A stretch of 64,000 bases of DNA from Candidatus Poribacteria bacterium (GTDB lineage Bacteria > Poribacteria > WGA-4E > PCPOR2b): assembly GCA_965116925.1 (NCBI GenBank), contig OZ220744.1:6112001-6176000 (forward strand), given 5' to 3'. The notes under the pieces were generated by a model. The model was not told the origin of the DNA and made no database searches. It worked only from the letters and a program-made list of their open reading frames with translations. The translations under genes were made by a program, and so were the position numbers. Numbering within the stretch: the stretch's first letter is position 1; each line of letters opens with the position of its first letter. Below are positions 19,538 to 30,620 of the stretch, in pieces.

Positions 19538-20242
19538 TTACACAATGATCCTGCCCTCAACCAGATGAGGCACAACGTCAACGAGATCCATCTGGGCGCA
19601 AAATTCGAGATCTTCCCCCAGTCCAATTCTGGCGAGGGATCGACCATGATAGCAACTTTTTAGCATTCCAAGCAAATCTCCACGATGTGTCTGATAGAGG
19701 ATCTCTGCTGTTTCGGCGGCATCGGTCAGTTGAGTCTCCGCCAATGCTGCCACACATGCACCGGCAAAAGCGGTATCTTCCGTGCAGAAACCGCCTTCCC
19801 TGCCAGAACATGCAAGGACAAGTTCCCCTTCCACTTGCGCCAATTGGTCTACAATTGCGCTGAGATTGAAGAAAGATCCGACAAGAACCCGCTCAGCGGC
19901 ACGGCAGGCTTGTAGGGTACGTGTTCCGTTTGTCGTTGTCAGGATGATCTGCCGGTCTGAGACAACCGCTTCGGTATACTCACGCGGTGAATTCCCAAGA
20001 TCGAACCCATCGACCTTCACCCCGCGGCGCTCGCCACCGATTAGTGTGTTCGGTTGATTCGCAGCAAGCCGAAAGGCATCTTCAGGGGTCAGAACGGGGG
20101 TGATAGCTGTTGCACCGTTTGCCATAGCGAAGGTGATGGTCGTTGTCGCGCGCAAAATATCGGCGACGACAACCGTTTTGCCGGTAAGGTCATAAAAAGA
20201 GAGAAGATCTGGTGTGAAAACAACATCAATGGAAGTGGGCAT
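19538..20242 (-). CDS. comB: 2-phosphosulfolactate phosphatase family protein
   Basis: VVVADILRATTT, GGERRG, FDLGNSPRE, TTTNGT, EDT. Confidence 0.9.
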   Translation of the reverse strand: MPTSIDVVFTPDLLSFYDLTGKTVVVADILRATTTITFAMANGATAITPVLTPEDAFRLAANQPNTLIGGERRGVKVDGFDLGNSPREYTEAVVSDRQIILTTTNGTRTLQACRAAERVLVGSFFNLSAIVDQLAQVEGELVLACSGREGGFCTEDTAFAGACVAALAETQLTDAAETAEILYQTHRGDLLGMLKSCYHGRSLARIGLGEDLEFCAQMDLVDVVPHLVEGRIIV

Positions 20243-20501
20243 AGATGATACTCGTGACGGAGTGGGTTGGTAGCACTATTAAAAGCAGCAGGTGTGAAAG
20301 TGTGAAAACCTGAAAATGATTCACCGCAGAGGCACAGAGAGCACAGAGTTTTTGAGGGAGTGAGTATGTGAGTGTGTGAGGAGGCGAGTGTTTTCCTCGA
20401 TCCTTCGCTTTCTCTGCGTTCCTCCGATTTATCGGAGGCCTTGATGTATCGGGATCTGTGGTTGATTTTCTCGTTCTCTCGTTTTCTCGTTTTCTCCGTT
20501 T

Positions 20502-21881
20502 TTACCAAGCAAATCCCGAATCCAAAAAGTTGGTAAAAACCTGTGCATTCAGAAAGCGTTCATCGTCCATAATCTTTCGGTGGAGCGGGATGACTGTCTT
20601 AACACCTTCAATCGTAAATTCATCCAAAGCCCGTCTCATACGCGCAACCGCTTCGTCGCGATCTCTACCGTGGGCGATTAATTTTGCGACTAAGGAATCG
20701 TAATAGGGCGGCACACTGTAGCCGGGATAAAGGTAACCATCCACGCGGATGCCGATTCCTCCCGGCGGCAAATATGCTTCAACTTTTCCCGGGGAAGGGG
20801 TGAGATCGTTATCCGGGTCTTCCGCATTAATTCGGCACTCGATGGCATGTCCGTTCACCTCCACATCCGATTGACCGTATCCGATCTCTTCACCCCACGC
20901 CATCCGAATCTGCTCCTTGAGCAGATCAATTCCCGTGGTCATCTCTGTCACCGTATGCTCGACCTGGATGCGCGTGTTCATCTCCAAGAAGTAGTATTCC
21001 TCATCGGTATCTACCACGAACTCAATTGTTCCGACATTGTTATACCCAACTGATTTTGCTGCTTTAGCGGCGGCCTTACAGATATCATGCCGTGCCTTCG
21101 ACGATAGAGAGGAAGCAGGGGCTTCTTCAACCAGCTTTTGATGCTTGCGCTGGATGGAACATTCCCGTTCACCGAGATGGATAGCGTTTCCATGATTGTC
21201 CGCCAAAATCTGGACTTCGATGTGACGGGCGTTCTCAATCCACTTTTCAACGTAAACTTCAGTGCTGCCAAACGCGGATTGTGCCTCTGCTCTCACCGTG
21301 TGGAAGAAGTCCATCAAACTGGTGCCATCATGCGCGATTCGGATGCCACGTCCACCGCCGCCGGCGACCGCCTTGATGCCTACCGGATAGCCGATCTTGT
21401 CTGCGATTTCGACCGCTTCCTCAGCATTTTCAACCAAGCCTTTTCGGACATTCCGCCGAAGCCTCCGCCGGACACTGCCGCTTCCCGGTACCAACTTGAG
21501 TCCCGCTTTCGACATAGTTTCCCGTGCTTCCGCCTTGTCGCCCATTGTTCTCAAGTTTTCTGCTGTTGGACCGATGAAAGTGACTTCGTGCGCTTCGCAG
21601 ATTTCGGCAAATTGTGCGTCCTCGGATAAAAACCCCGCGCCGGGATGGATAGCGTCCGCGTCCGTTAGCTCAGCAACGGTAATGATGTTCGGGGGTCTGA
21701 GATAGCTTTCCGTTGAAGCGGGTGGACCGATACAATAGGCTTCATCCGCATACTGGACATGCAATGAATCCTTGTCGGCGGTCGAATAGACAGCAACTGT
21801 CTTGATACCCATGTCCCGGCAGGCACGGATAACCCTAAGTGCAATTTCACCACGGTTTGCAATTAAGATTTTCTTAAACAT
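20502..21881 (-). CDS. accC: Acetyl-CoA carboxylase biotin carboxylase subunit
   Basis: ILIANRGEIA, GGGGRG, ERECSIQR, EMNTRIQVEH, YDSLVAK. Confidence 0.95.
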   Translation of the reverse strand: MFKKILIANRGEIALRVIRACRDMGIKTVAVYSTADKDSLHVQYADEAYCIGPPASTESYLRPPNIITVAELTDADAIHPGAGFLSEDAQFAEICEAHEVTFIGPTAENLRTMGDKAEARETMSKAGLKLVPGSGSVRRRLRRNVRKGLVENAEEAVEIADKIGYPVGIKAVAGGGGRGIRIAHDGTSLMDFFHTVRAEAQSAFGSTEVYVEKWIENARHIEVQILADNHGNAIHLGERECSIQRKHQKLVEEAPASSLSSKARHDICKAAAKAAKSVGYNNVGTIEFVVDTDEEYYFLEMNTRIQVEHTVTEMTTGIDLLKEQIRMAWGEEIGYGQSDVEVNGHAIECRINAEDPDNDLTPSPGKVEAYLPPGGIGIRVDGYLYPGYSVPPYYDSLVAKLIAHGRDRDEAVARMRRALDEFTIEGVKTVIPLHRKIMDDERFLNAQVFTNFLDSGFAW

Positions 21882-22028
21882 TTTTTTGAACCTCTGAAAG
21901 TTAGCGGTTCATCATCGCTTCAAAATTTTTGATGATAATTATGGCATCAAGGAAATCATATTGAAATATAGAACCTCTTTTAGGTGTTACAATCTTCTTG
22001 GGCGTTCAGAGAAGGTTCCTTTCAGGAA

Positions 22029-22502
22029 TTAATTGTCTTCAACTTGCGATTTACGCTCATCACTTATGTACTCCTCAACCAAAGCACCGCGTTTACCTTT
22101 GTTGATAACTTTTAGAGACTGCCCATTGTAGTCGTTGATATTCTGTGAGTTATATGGTGGTGAATGCCAGTAGATTGTAAGTGCCTCAGCATCCTTGAGA
22201 ACTTTCTGCCAATCTGACCAATCTGGGGGATCATAAGCATAATCTTCGCTCGCAATTCGACCAACTCTTATTGATACGCCCTCTTCTTCCAACAACCATT
22301 CGGAGCAGTGCTGGCTAAATCGTTGACTGAAGGTCAAACCCTCCGCCTTCCCAATGTAGAGCAGGGAATTTGCCCCAAAGATAATATGGCGACCATAGAT
22401 CTGGTATAAGCCATAGTCATCGCTGTCATCGCTCTGATCATTCAGTCTTAGTACTTCATCAATAGAGAAGGGACCTTCCCATTCAATTCTTACGGATCGC
22501 AT
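22029..22502 (-). CDS. GIY-YIG-like nuclease
   Basis: GLYQIY...LLYIGKA...R...H...AEALTIY...PPYN. Confidence 0.7.
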   Translation of the reverse strand: MRSVRIEWEGPFSIDEVLRLNDQSDDSDDYGLYQIYGRHIIFGANSLLYIGKAEGLTFSQRFSQHCSEWLLEEEGVSIRVGRIASEDYAYDPPDWSDWQKVLKDAEALTIYWHSPPYNSQNINDYNGQSLKVINKGKRGALVEEYISDERKSQVEDN

Positions 22503-22663
22503 GCTGTATTCACAAAATATCCTTTTCTATGAAGCTAACAGTTGTTACAATGTTGGTCGTTCATAGTACCGGTAGTTTCTTTGGGTTAAGCAGCAGTCAC
22601 TACATTAGTTCCAACGTTTAGAGATAAAACCGTAACGGCTGCCAAAGTCCTGAGAGAATTTTA

Positions 22664-25021
22664 TTATCCCATCCCCAACAAGCCGCCAATCACGTCACCG
22701 TATTTCGCAATTAATCCTGCGAATACCACCGACACCATCGACATAAGTTTGATGAGGATGTTAAGCGACGGACCTGATGTATCCTTGAACGGGTCACCGA
22801 CAGTATCACCCACAACGGTTGCGTTATGGTTATCAGAACCTTTACCGCCATGTTCCCCGCCCTCAATATATTTCTTCGCGTTGTCCCACGCCCCGCCCGC
22901 ATTTGCCATCATCACCGCCAGCACGAATCCGGTTGACAAACCGCCGGCAAGCAAGCCGAGAACGCCTGCAACGTTGAAGACCAAGCCGACAATTACCGGT
23001 ACGATAATAGCAATCAGCGATGGAAGAATCATCTCTCTTTGCGCGCCCACGGTCGAGATTGCGACGCATCGGGCGTAGTCCGGTTTTTCTTCTCGCTTCA
23101 TGATGCCGGGACGTTCACGGAATTGACGCCGCACTTCCTGCACCATCGCGCCAGCAGCCCGCCCCACCGCTTTCATTGTTAAAGCACAGAAATAAAACGC
23201 CATTCCTGCACCGATAAATAGACCAATCAGCACTTTGGGGTTCATCAGGGTCACATTGTAATAGGACATGAATTGGGCAATGCTGACCTTGACGGTATCA
23301 ACCATGCCTTCACCGGGAATGTTTAATTGCGTCTTATCCGCCATATGAATAAGCCCATATCGAACCTCCTCAAGATAAGCGGCGAGGAGAGCGAGGGCGG
23401 TCAATGCAGCGGATCCAATAGCAAAGCCTTTCCCAGTGGCTGCGGTCGTATTTCCAAGTGCATCGAGTTGATCCGTGCGCTGACGGACACTCGGATCGAG
23501 CTCCGACATTTCAGCGTTACCGCCCGCGTTGTCTGCGATGGGTCCATACGCATCGGTTGCCAGCGTGATACCGAGCGTTGCGAGCATACCCACCGCGGCG
23601 ATACCGACACCGTAGAGCCCCATCAATGTATTGCCAGCTCCACCCGTCAGATAGAAACTGGTAGCAACGGCAGCGATGACCGTTATCACAGGGATAGCGG
23701 TGGATTCCATACCCACGGCGATGCCTTCAATGATAACCGTTGCAGGGCCCGTCTCCGCTTGCTTGGCGATGGCGCGTGTGGGTTTATAATCGTGAGAGGT
23801 AAAGATCTCTGTCACCTTGCCGATAATCAGACCGGCTGCCAAGCCTGCTATAATAGCACCCCAAATCTGCCATTTATTCGGGAGATCAAGAATCCACAAT
23901 ACCGGAATCGCACAGATAGCGATACCGACCGCACTTCCATTGATGCCGAGGTTGAGCGAACTCATCAGCTGCCGCATCGTGGCACCCTCTTTGGTACGAA
24001 CCATGTAAATCCCTAAGATCGAGAGGATCACACCGATCCCCGCAATAATCATCGGTGCCGAGAGATACTTCAACTGAAGTGCAATGTTATCGTGATCTTT
24101 CGCTGCAACCGCCGCAACGCCGAGCGCAGCGGTGGCGAGGATTGAACCTGCATAAGATTCATATAGATCTGCCCCCATTCCTGCTACATCCCCTACATTG
24201 TCGCCAACACTGTCAGCAATAGCAGCCGGATTGCGCGGATCATCTTCAGGGATCCCAGCTTCCACTTTCCCTACCAGATCCGCACCGACATCAGCGGCTT
24301 TCGTGTAGATACCGCCGCCGACACGCGCAAAAAGTGCCTGTGTTGAGGCACCCATACCGAAACTCAACATGATTACCGTGATCTGAGGCAGCGGATTTGC
24401 ACCCAAGAACCCTGGGAAAATCTTTGGAAAAAGGTAGTAGAGGATCAGAAACCAACCGGCGATGTCCAATAGCGCGAAACCGACAACCACTAGCCCCATC
24501 ACGGCACCAGCGCGAAAAGCGATCCGCAAACCTGAATTGAGACCCTCCATCGCGGCACTTGTTGTGCGCGCCGATGCGTTCGTTGCGGTCTTCATACCGA
24601 GAAAGCCACAAAGCCCTGAGAAAAATCCACCCGTCAAAAATGCAAAGGGCACCACTTGGTTCTGGGCATTCAGCCCGAAAGCCATGATGATGAAGATAAC
24701 GCATAGGACAGCGAAGACAATCCCCACCACTTTATACTGCTGTCTCAGGTAAGCTCTTGCCCCTTCACGGACAGATTGGGCGATTCCCTGCATTACCTCT
24801 GTGCCTTCATTCTGCCGCATGACTGATTTATAGAAGACAAATGCGAACCCCAAAGCGATCAATGAGCCGATTGGGACGAGCCACCACGCGGTGGGTAAGG
24901 GTGGGAGCGATTCTGATTGTGCAAAGGCAGGATTTACAACTGCCATTCCCACCCATGAAGCGAAAAATATTAACCATCCACGGCTCCTTTCACGGAGCCG
25001 TTTAACAACTGTTTCAAGCAT
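22664..25021 (-). CDS. hppA: Membrane-integral K+-dependent Na+(/H+)-translocating pyrophosphatase
   Basis: GGIYTKAADVGADLVGKVE, DNVGD, GNTTAA (Ala indicates K+ dependence), GDTVGDPFKD. Confidence 0.95.
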   Translation of the reverse strand: MLETVVKRLRERSRGWLIFFASWVGMAVVNPAFAQSESLPPLPTAWWLVPIGSLIALGFAFVFYKSVMRQNEGTEVMQGIAQSVREGARAYLRQQYKVVGIVFAVLCVIFIIMAFGLNAQNQVVPFAFLTGGFFSGLCGFLGMKTATNASARTTSAAMEGLNSGLRIAFRAGAVMGLVVVGFALLDIAGWFLILYYLFPKIFPGFLGANPLPQITVIMLSFGMGASTQALFARVGGGIYTKAADVGADLVGKVEAGIPEDDPRNPAAIADSVGDNVGDVAGMGADLYESYAGSILATAALGVAAVAAKDHDNIALQLKYLSAPMIIAGIGVILSILGIYMVRTKEGATMRQLMSSLNLGINGSAVGIAICAIPVLWILDLPNKWQIWGAIIAGLAAGLIIGKVTEIFTSHDYKPTRAIAKQAETGPATVIIEGIAVGMESTAIPVITVIAAVATSFYLTGGAGNTLMGLYGVGIAAVGMLATLGITLATDAYGPIADNAGGNAEMSELDPSVRQRTDQLDALGNTTAATGKGFAIGSAALTALALLAAYLEEVRYGLIHMADKTQLNIPGEGMVDTVKVSIAQFMSYYNVTLMNPKVLIGLFIGAGMAFYFCALTMKAVGRAAGAMVQEVRRQFRERPGIMKREEKPDYARCVAISTVGAQREMILPSLIAIIVPVIVGLVFNVAGVLGLLAGGLSTGFVLAVMMANAGGAWDNAKKYIEGGEHGGKGSDNHNATVVGDTVGDPFKDTSGPSLNILIKLMSMVSVVFAGLIAKYGDVIGGLLGMG

Positions 25022-25103
25022 AAAACATCTCCTTTACAAAATGAAGAATAATACGTAAGGAGTGGTCTTTCTTTTTACGTATTACTCGTTACTCGTTATG
25101 TGT

Positions 25104-26486
25104 TTATATTTCATCTATACCAAGTACTTTCATCGCCTCTCCAACGATGTAGATGGAGCCTGCGATGCAGATAAGATCTGAGGCCGTGGCGATCGATCGC
25201 GCCAACGGTATCGCCTCGTGAACATTCGGACAGACATGGAAATTTGCCCCTATTTCTGACCATGCGCGTGCAATCTCTTCCGCAGGCGTGACACGCGGGT
25301 TATCAAACGCCTGTGTTGTAATAATTTCATCCGCGGATGGACACAAAACCTGACCAATGGCTTGCAGGTCTTTGTCTCGCATCAAGCCTACAACAAGGAT
25401 CAAACGCCGGTAGCAGAAAACCTCACGGATAGCTGTGCACAATGCCTCCGCTGAAGTTGGAGAATGTGCGCCATCCAGCAAAATGACCGGTGACTGTCCC
25501 ACGACTTGCATCCGACCCGCCCAATGTACCTCTTTCAGACCGTTGTAGATACTGATTCGAGGAACCTTGTATCCTTCCTGACGTATACGTTCAATACAAG
25601 CAATTGCAGTTGCTGTATTGATTGCTTGATGTTCACCGAGCAACGGTAAAAACAGGTCTGGATAGTATGTCGATGGTGTTGTCAGATCGAGCGTTTGTCC
25701 ATTGATGTTCCAGTCCCTGCGCTTCAGGTGAATATTGCGCCCAACCCCATCCATTGATGCGTCCCGATCTGCAGCGACGGCTTCAAATACCGCTTGCGCT
25801 TCAGAGACCTGTGGTGCTAATACGACCGGGCGATTCGGTTTTATAATCTCCGCTTTTTCCTTCGCTATCGCTTCGTGCGTATCTCCAAGTATCGCTGTAT
25901 GTTCCAAACTGATCGGTGTTATAACACTGACAAGCGGATCCACCACGTTTGTTGCATCTAGCCGTCCGCCAAGCCCCACTTCAATAACCGCGAAATCAAC
26001 CGCGTTGTCCGCGAAGTAGGTAAAGGCAAGGGCTGTATAGATCTCAAAGAATGAGACACGCCCAACTGATTCTGATTCCGCCATCGCCTCAATTGACGGC
26101 TTGAGTCGATTAACGTACTGTGCAAATTCCGTCTCTGAAATGAGCCGAGAGTTGATGCGACACCGTTCACGCGGGGTTATCAGGTGGGGCTGTGTGAACA
26201 AGCCGGTTTGGTAACCCGCATGGGTCAGGATTGAGGCGATTAGTGCTGCCGTTGACCCTTTCCCTTTGCTGCCGGCGATGTGAACCACCTTCAAGCGACG
26301 GTGCGGATCGCCCAAGTGCGCTAGCAGGCGTGAGATGCGTTCAAGGTTATAAAAGCGTGCCTGCCTTGAGAAGTCAGGACTCCTCTCAGAGTTAATGAAT
26401 GTATCAATATAGGCGAGAGCGGCTTCGTAATTCAATTTTGGTTTATGTCCATAGGTCCAAATCTTCGTAGATCGGAAATTGTCCAC
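25104..26486 (-). CDS. folC: Folylpolyglutamate synthase / dihydrofolate synthase
   Basis: [32 protein letters not shown]. Confidence 0.93.
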   Translation of the reverse strand: MDNFRSTKIWTYGHKPKLNYEAALAYIDTFINSERSPDFSRQARFYNLERISRLLAHLGDPHRRLKVVHIAGSKGKGSTAALIASILTHAGYQTGLFTQPHLITPRERCRINSRLISETEFAQYVNRLKPSIEAMAESESVGRVSFFEIYTALAFTYFADNAVDFAVIEVGLGGRLDATNVVDPLVSVITPISLEHTAILGDTHEAIAKEKAEIIKPNRPVVLAPQVSEAQAVFEAVAADRDASMDGVGRNIHLKRRDWNINGQTLDLTTPSTYYPDLFLPLLGEHQAINTATAIACIERIRQEGYKVPRISIYNGLKEVHWAGRMQVVGQSPVILLDGAHSPTSAEALCTAIREVFCYRRLILVVGLMRDKDLQAIGQVLCPSADEIITTQAFDNPRVTPAEEIARAWSEIGANFHVCPNVHEAIPLARSIATASDLICIAGSIYIVGEAMKVLGIDEI

Positions 26487-27705
26487 AAAGATCGCGAACT
26501 TTCTCCCTCACACCCCGCTTGGTTTCTGCGCTTCTCCGTCCTTCAAGGGTCTCCGTTAGCAAATCGGCAATCACCTGCATCTCTGCTTCTTTCATGCCAC
26601 GTCCCGTTATCATCGGAGTGCCAAGACGGATACCACTTGTTGTAGTCGCAGATCGTTTATCCAACGGAATTGTATTTTTGTTGACAATAATCCCCGCATC
26701 CTCAAGATGGTCTGCGGCTTGCCGTCCACTCAACTGCTTGTATGTCGCAGTTAAATCAATCAGCATGAGGTGGTTGTCCGTGCCGCCGCTTACCAAGCGA
26801 AATCCGTTGCCGACAAGTGCTTCGGCGAGTGCTTTGGCGTTCTTCACAACCTGGTTCTGATAGGCTTTGAAGGCAGGTTCCATCGCTTCTTTGAAGGCGA
26901 CCGCTTTCGCGGCGATTGTGTGCATAAAAGGACCGCCTTGTATCCCCGGAAAAACCGCACGATCAACCGATTCTGCTAGTTCATCTCGACACATCACAAT
27001 TGCGCCCCGCGGACCACGCAACGTTTTGTGGGTCGTTGTGGTGATTACGTCACAATAAGGTATTGGATCCGGATGGACCTCTGCGGCGATAAGCCCGGCG
27101 ATGTGGGCGATGTCCGCCATCAGATACGCACCGACGGAATCGGCAACTTCTCGCCACCCTGCAAAATCGAACCAGCGTGGATAAGCACTGCCGCCCACGA
27201 TAATCAGTTTGGGTCGGTGTGCTTTCGCAAGTTCAGCTATCGTATCCATGTCGATCTGTTCCGTCTCTGGATCAACACCGTAAGACACTACATTGTAATA
27301 TTGACCTGAAAAATTCTGGGGAAGCCCATGACTCAGATGACCACCGTGATCCAGCCGCATCGACAGAATGGTATCCCCCGGCTCAAGCAGTGCTTTATAC
27401 GCTGCCATATTAGCTAAATTCCCGGCGTGTGGCTGGACATTGACATGATCAACACCGAAAAGTTGCTTCGCACGCTCAATCGCGAGGCTTTCCACGCCAT
27501 CTGCGGCTGCACAACCGTTGTAGTAACGGGCACCGGGCGTTCCTTCGGCGTATTTACTGGTCAAAACGCTCGCCTGCATCTGCATGACCGCCCGACTGAC
27601 ATAATTTTCCGAAGGGATCAGTGTCAAGCAATTTTGCAGCCGGTCCAGATCCTGCAACATGATCTGGACAATTTGTGGGTCAGCTTCACTCAGCGATCTG
27701 TTCAT
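26443..27705 (-). CDS. glyA: Serine hydroxymethyltransferase
   Basis: [36 protein letters not shown]. Confidence 0.96.
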   Translation of the reverse strand: MNRSLSEADPQIVQIMLQDLDRLQNCLTLIPSENYVSRAVMQMQASVLTSKYAEGTPGARYYNGCAAADGVESLAIERAKQLFGVDHVNVQPHAGNLANMAAYKALLEPGDTILSMRLDHGGHLSHGLPQNFSGQYYNVVSYGVDPETEQIDMDTIAELAKAHRPKLIIVGGSAYPRWFDFAGWREVADSVGAYLMADIAHIAGLIAAEVHPDPIPYCDVITTTTHKTLRGPRGAIVMCRDELAESVDRAVFPGIQGGPFMHTIAAKAVAFKEAMEPAFKAYQNQVVKNAKALAEALVGNGFRLVSGGTDNHLMLIDLTATYKQLSGRQAADHLEDAGIIVNKNTIPLDKRSATTTSGIRLGTPMITGRGMKEAEMQVIADLLTETLEGRRSAETKRGVREKVRDLCGQFPIYEDLDLWT

Positions 27706-27745
27706 TGTACAACCATCCTCATCTCAGTAACTGGGATTTTAAGTT

Positions 27746-27867
27746 GGCTTATGTTAAGAAACCGTAGGGGCGGGGTTCCCCCGCCCCGATTAATCGGGGT
27801 TAGGCAACCCAACCCCTACAAAAACTTGGTTTTTCTTTGCTCTTTACACTTTCTTTTTACATGAGCC
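27746..27867 (+). mobile_element. MITE family C carrying a REP doublet
   Basis: TIRs GGCTTATGTTAAGAAA / TTTCTTTTTACATGAGCC enclosing GTAGGGGCGGGG...CCCCTAC. Confidence 0.75.
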
Positions 27868-27941
27868 TTAACGTTTTGTTCGGTAATCCGTGGTCCTAGT
27901 GGAGCCATTGAGGTAACTTTCCAATCTCGACTGTGAGGCTC

Positions 27942-28424
27942 TTATTGCCGGCCCGTCTCACGAGTTTCAACTCCGTTTTCCGCCAAAACCTGTTGGAAGT
28001 CCTCAAGGCGGTCTGCGAGTACCGCTGTGCGGTGCAAATGCTTAAGACGTTGCAAATCATCAATGGCTTCCAGATTCGGCTTTACCGTCTGGGCAACATC
28101 AGACTGGAATCGGAGTGCTAGCACCTCAAGGATGTCTTCGATGGTCCCTTCTCTTACACCCGCTTGGTGTCCTTGTTGCATGGCTCTCTCTGCGAAGTAT
28201 CGAACAATCGATGATTCATACATAGTCTCCTCCGAATGTACAAGTGCCACCTCACCGTTAAACTCCACTTTGATGATGCTATCGGTCTGACGCGCCTCAA
28301 CAGTAGGTTGTTCAGGGGTAAGAACATCGAGCACCTGTACTCCATTGGGCCCAAGGCTGAGCTCTGCGAAATCTTTAGGATTGTTGTAAACCCTGTTTTT
28401 CGATACAGTGTCAAGGTCTGACAT
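27942..28424 (-). pseudogene. Rpn/PD-(D/E)XK-like gene with the central nuclease region apparently deleted
   Basis: N-terminal R.D...VH.E fragment fused directly to an EG..ED..LRF...I.D...L C-terminal domain. Confidence 0.65.
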
Positions 28425-28590
28425 CTCAACAACCGCTAGTATAGTCTTTGTTTGGAATTTCGTTACTCATATTGTGTGTTCCGTAACAACTTCATCTTCA
28501 ATCCAATTCTTACCCCGAAAAGTAGCTAAATTTTAATCACAAAACTGTTAGAGAACTTCAGTGCCCTGTCCTCCTGCATTCCAGACTGTG

Positions 28591-29751
28591 CTAGTCAACT
28601 CGTTTAAGAAATTTTTCCGTTTGAGTTTTGAGGCGCTTATTACCGGTCTGTTCCGCGAGTTCTAATGCAGTTTCCCAATCCTTCTTTGCCGCCCAATTGC
28701 GATCCAATAAGTAATTCGCAACTCCCCGTCTGAGGTAGGCGAAAGCATGATCGGGCTTGAAGCGGATTGCTTTGTTATAGTCTTGGATGGCGATGAAGTG
28801 TTCGCCTAGGTCGCTCCTTATTGTTCCCCGAAAGTAGTAGGCGAAAGCAAAATCATTTTTGAGGTCGATAGCGGTGTCGTAATCTTCGATCGCCTCCTTG
28901 TATTGACCCAACGATCGCTTCACAGTTCCCCGAAAGTAGTAGGCAGGGGCGGAATCGGGTTTGAGATTGATAGCAGCATCATAATCGTCAATGGCAGCTT
29001 GATATTGATCCGATCTGTACTTGGCATAGCCCCACCTGAGATACGTTTCGGCGGATATGGATTGTTTGCCCCGCCACAACGGTTTTGCCTTCCCTGACTG
29101 AGCGAGCAACTCCTTAAGATAGTTTGACGGAATAGTGAAATTGATATTCTGACCGTCTTCAAGTGTTATGAGAGAGATCCCAATAACTTCACCGTTCCCG
29201 TTTAGTACGGGTCCGCCGCTGCTTCCGGGGGAGATTAGAGCGGTCATCTGGAACCGTTTTTTTTCAGCCCCTTCATGAATATTATTGATGGTGTCATCTG
29301 AGAATGTGCCGTCCAACCCTCTCGGATTACCTGCCACGTAAACTGTCGCGCCAATTTCTGCCGTATCACTATCGCCGAGGGGGAGGGACTCACCCTCAAA
29401 CCCCGTAACTTGTAGGATTGCGAGGTCATTTTTCTCATCAGTTGCGGATATACCATCGACAGTATATTTCGTGGGGCTACCAGCCAATTGCGCTGTACCT
29501 TTTGCTCCCCCTTCAACAATATGAAAGTTGGTCGCAATCTGGCTTTGTCCGACGAAGAAACCGCTGCCAAATCCGAGGATGTTGTTATCCTGATCTGCTA
29601 TCTCTAAATACACTGTGGCTGCTAACGCTTTTTCGGCAAGTTGTTCATCGTTCTGGGCAGATACCGCAGCAGTTATTAAGAATGAAATAAGTCCCAAAGC
29701 TGTGAAGCGTAATAACGCTTTTCTCGGATTCCTCATAACAGTGTTGCCCAT
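28591..29751 (-). CDS. Secreted trypsin-like (S1C) serine protease with TPR repeats
   Basis: Signal peptide, GSGF, ATNFH, DLA, GSSGGP; C-terminal AY..RG TPR repeats. Confidence 0.9.
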   Translation of the reverse strand: MGNTVMRNPRKALLRFTALGLISFLITAAVSAQNDEQLAEKALAATVYLEIADQDNNILGFGSGFFVGQSQIATNFHIVEGGAKGTAQLAGSPTKYTVDGISATDEKNDLAILQVTGFEGESLPLGDSDTAEIGATVYVAGNPRGLDGTFSDDTINNIHEGAEKKRFQMTALISPGSSGGPVLNGNGEVIGISLITLEDGQNINFTIPSNYLKELLAQSGKAKPLWRGKQSISAETYLRWGYAKYRSDQYQAAIDDYDAAINLKPDSAPAYYFRGTVKRSLGQYKEAIEDYDTAIDLKNDFAFAYYFRGTIRSDLGEHFIAIQDYNKAIRFKPDHAFAYLRRGVANYLLDRNWAAKKDWETALELAEQTGNKRLKTQTEKFLKRVD

Positions 29752-29974
29752 TATATGTTAGGTAGTAATATCCATGAAGTAATTCAAGTAATTCGCACAA
29801 CTTGTAATTTCAGGAACATCTGATTGTAACACAGATATTAGGTGGTTTCAAGAGAAATAATCGTGCAAAGCGTTGGTATAAACTTCTGCTTGTGTCTCGT
29901 TTCCTCTCTCAAACTTACGTTGAGAGAATACCTTTCAACATATCTAGTGGGCTTGTTTTCAGGTTAGAAATGCG

Positions 29975-30003
29975 TTGACGGAAAATTCGAGAGGGTTTAT
30001 AAT
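29975..30003 (+). promoter_or_regulatory. Sigma-70 promoter
   Basis: TTGACG-17 nt-TATAAT. Confidence 0.75.
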
Positions 30004-30381
30004 ATCCTAACACAAGTTTCTAAGTTCCTGTAGGTCGAGTTTCCATACTCGACAACTGATGGAAATAACTGAGGAATGTGCTTAATTATTGTCTGAATCA
30101 CGGATTCAGCAGATTACGCAGCAAACGCGGTTAAGCAAACAAAACAGCCACCGAACTGTCGTACCTTCTGCAAACCAAATACGCAAAAACCTCAACGCCC
30201 CGACCGATATCTTCGCTCCAGCGGAGCGATATGTCTGTAGAAGGACGATACAACCAGTGCCCGCACTCCAGCGGAGCGTAATGTATATACACAGCTAATA
30301 GGACCAATTTGCTCAAATTACGCGATTATGACCAAGACATCTACACATGCACACCTCTCAAATAACTATAGCGAAAAGTTA

Positions 30382-30620
30382 GGTTCTGTTGACATTTCAT
30401 CGCAACTAGGCCATCAAGAGGGAGCCCAAACGCATAATCCTGCGTAGGGGTTGGGTCTCCCAACCCTTTGTTCGCACGTCAGAGACCATTTCGGATTTTG
30501 TGCCACGATCTGTTAGATTGTGATCTTAGCCTGCAAACTAACAGTTCACACTACTTATGGCAGATAGCCTGATGATTACAGCGTTTGTCGAATCAGCAGT
30601 ATCAAAATGTCAACACGCCC
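30382..30620 (+). mobile_element. MITE family B copy 3
   Basis: Same TIRs, TA-flanked. Confidence 0.85.

Noticed and set aside
19538..20242. Coenzyme M biosynthesis inferred from comB
   Set aside because: ComB-family phosphatases are widespread in bacteria and no comA/C/D/E gene is present.
20089..20508. 139-aa ORF between accC and comB
   Set aside because: It is translated from low-complexity repeat DNA and overlaps comB out of frame.
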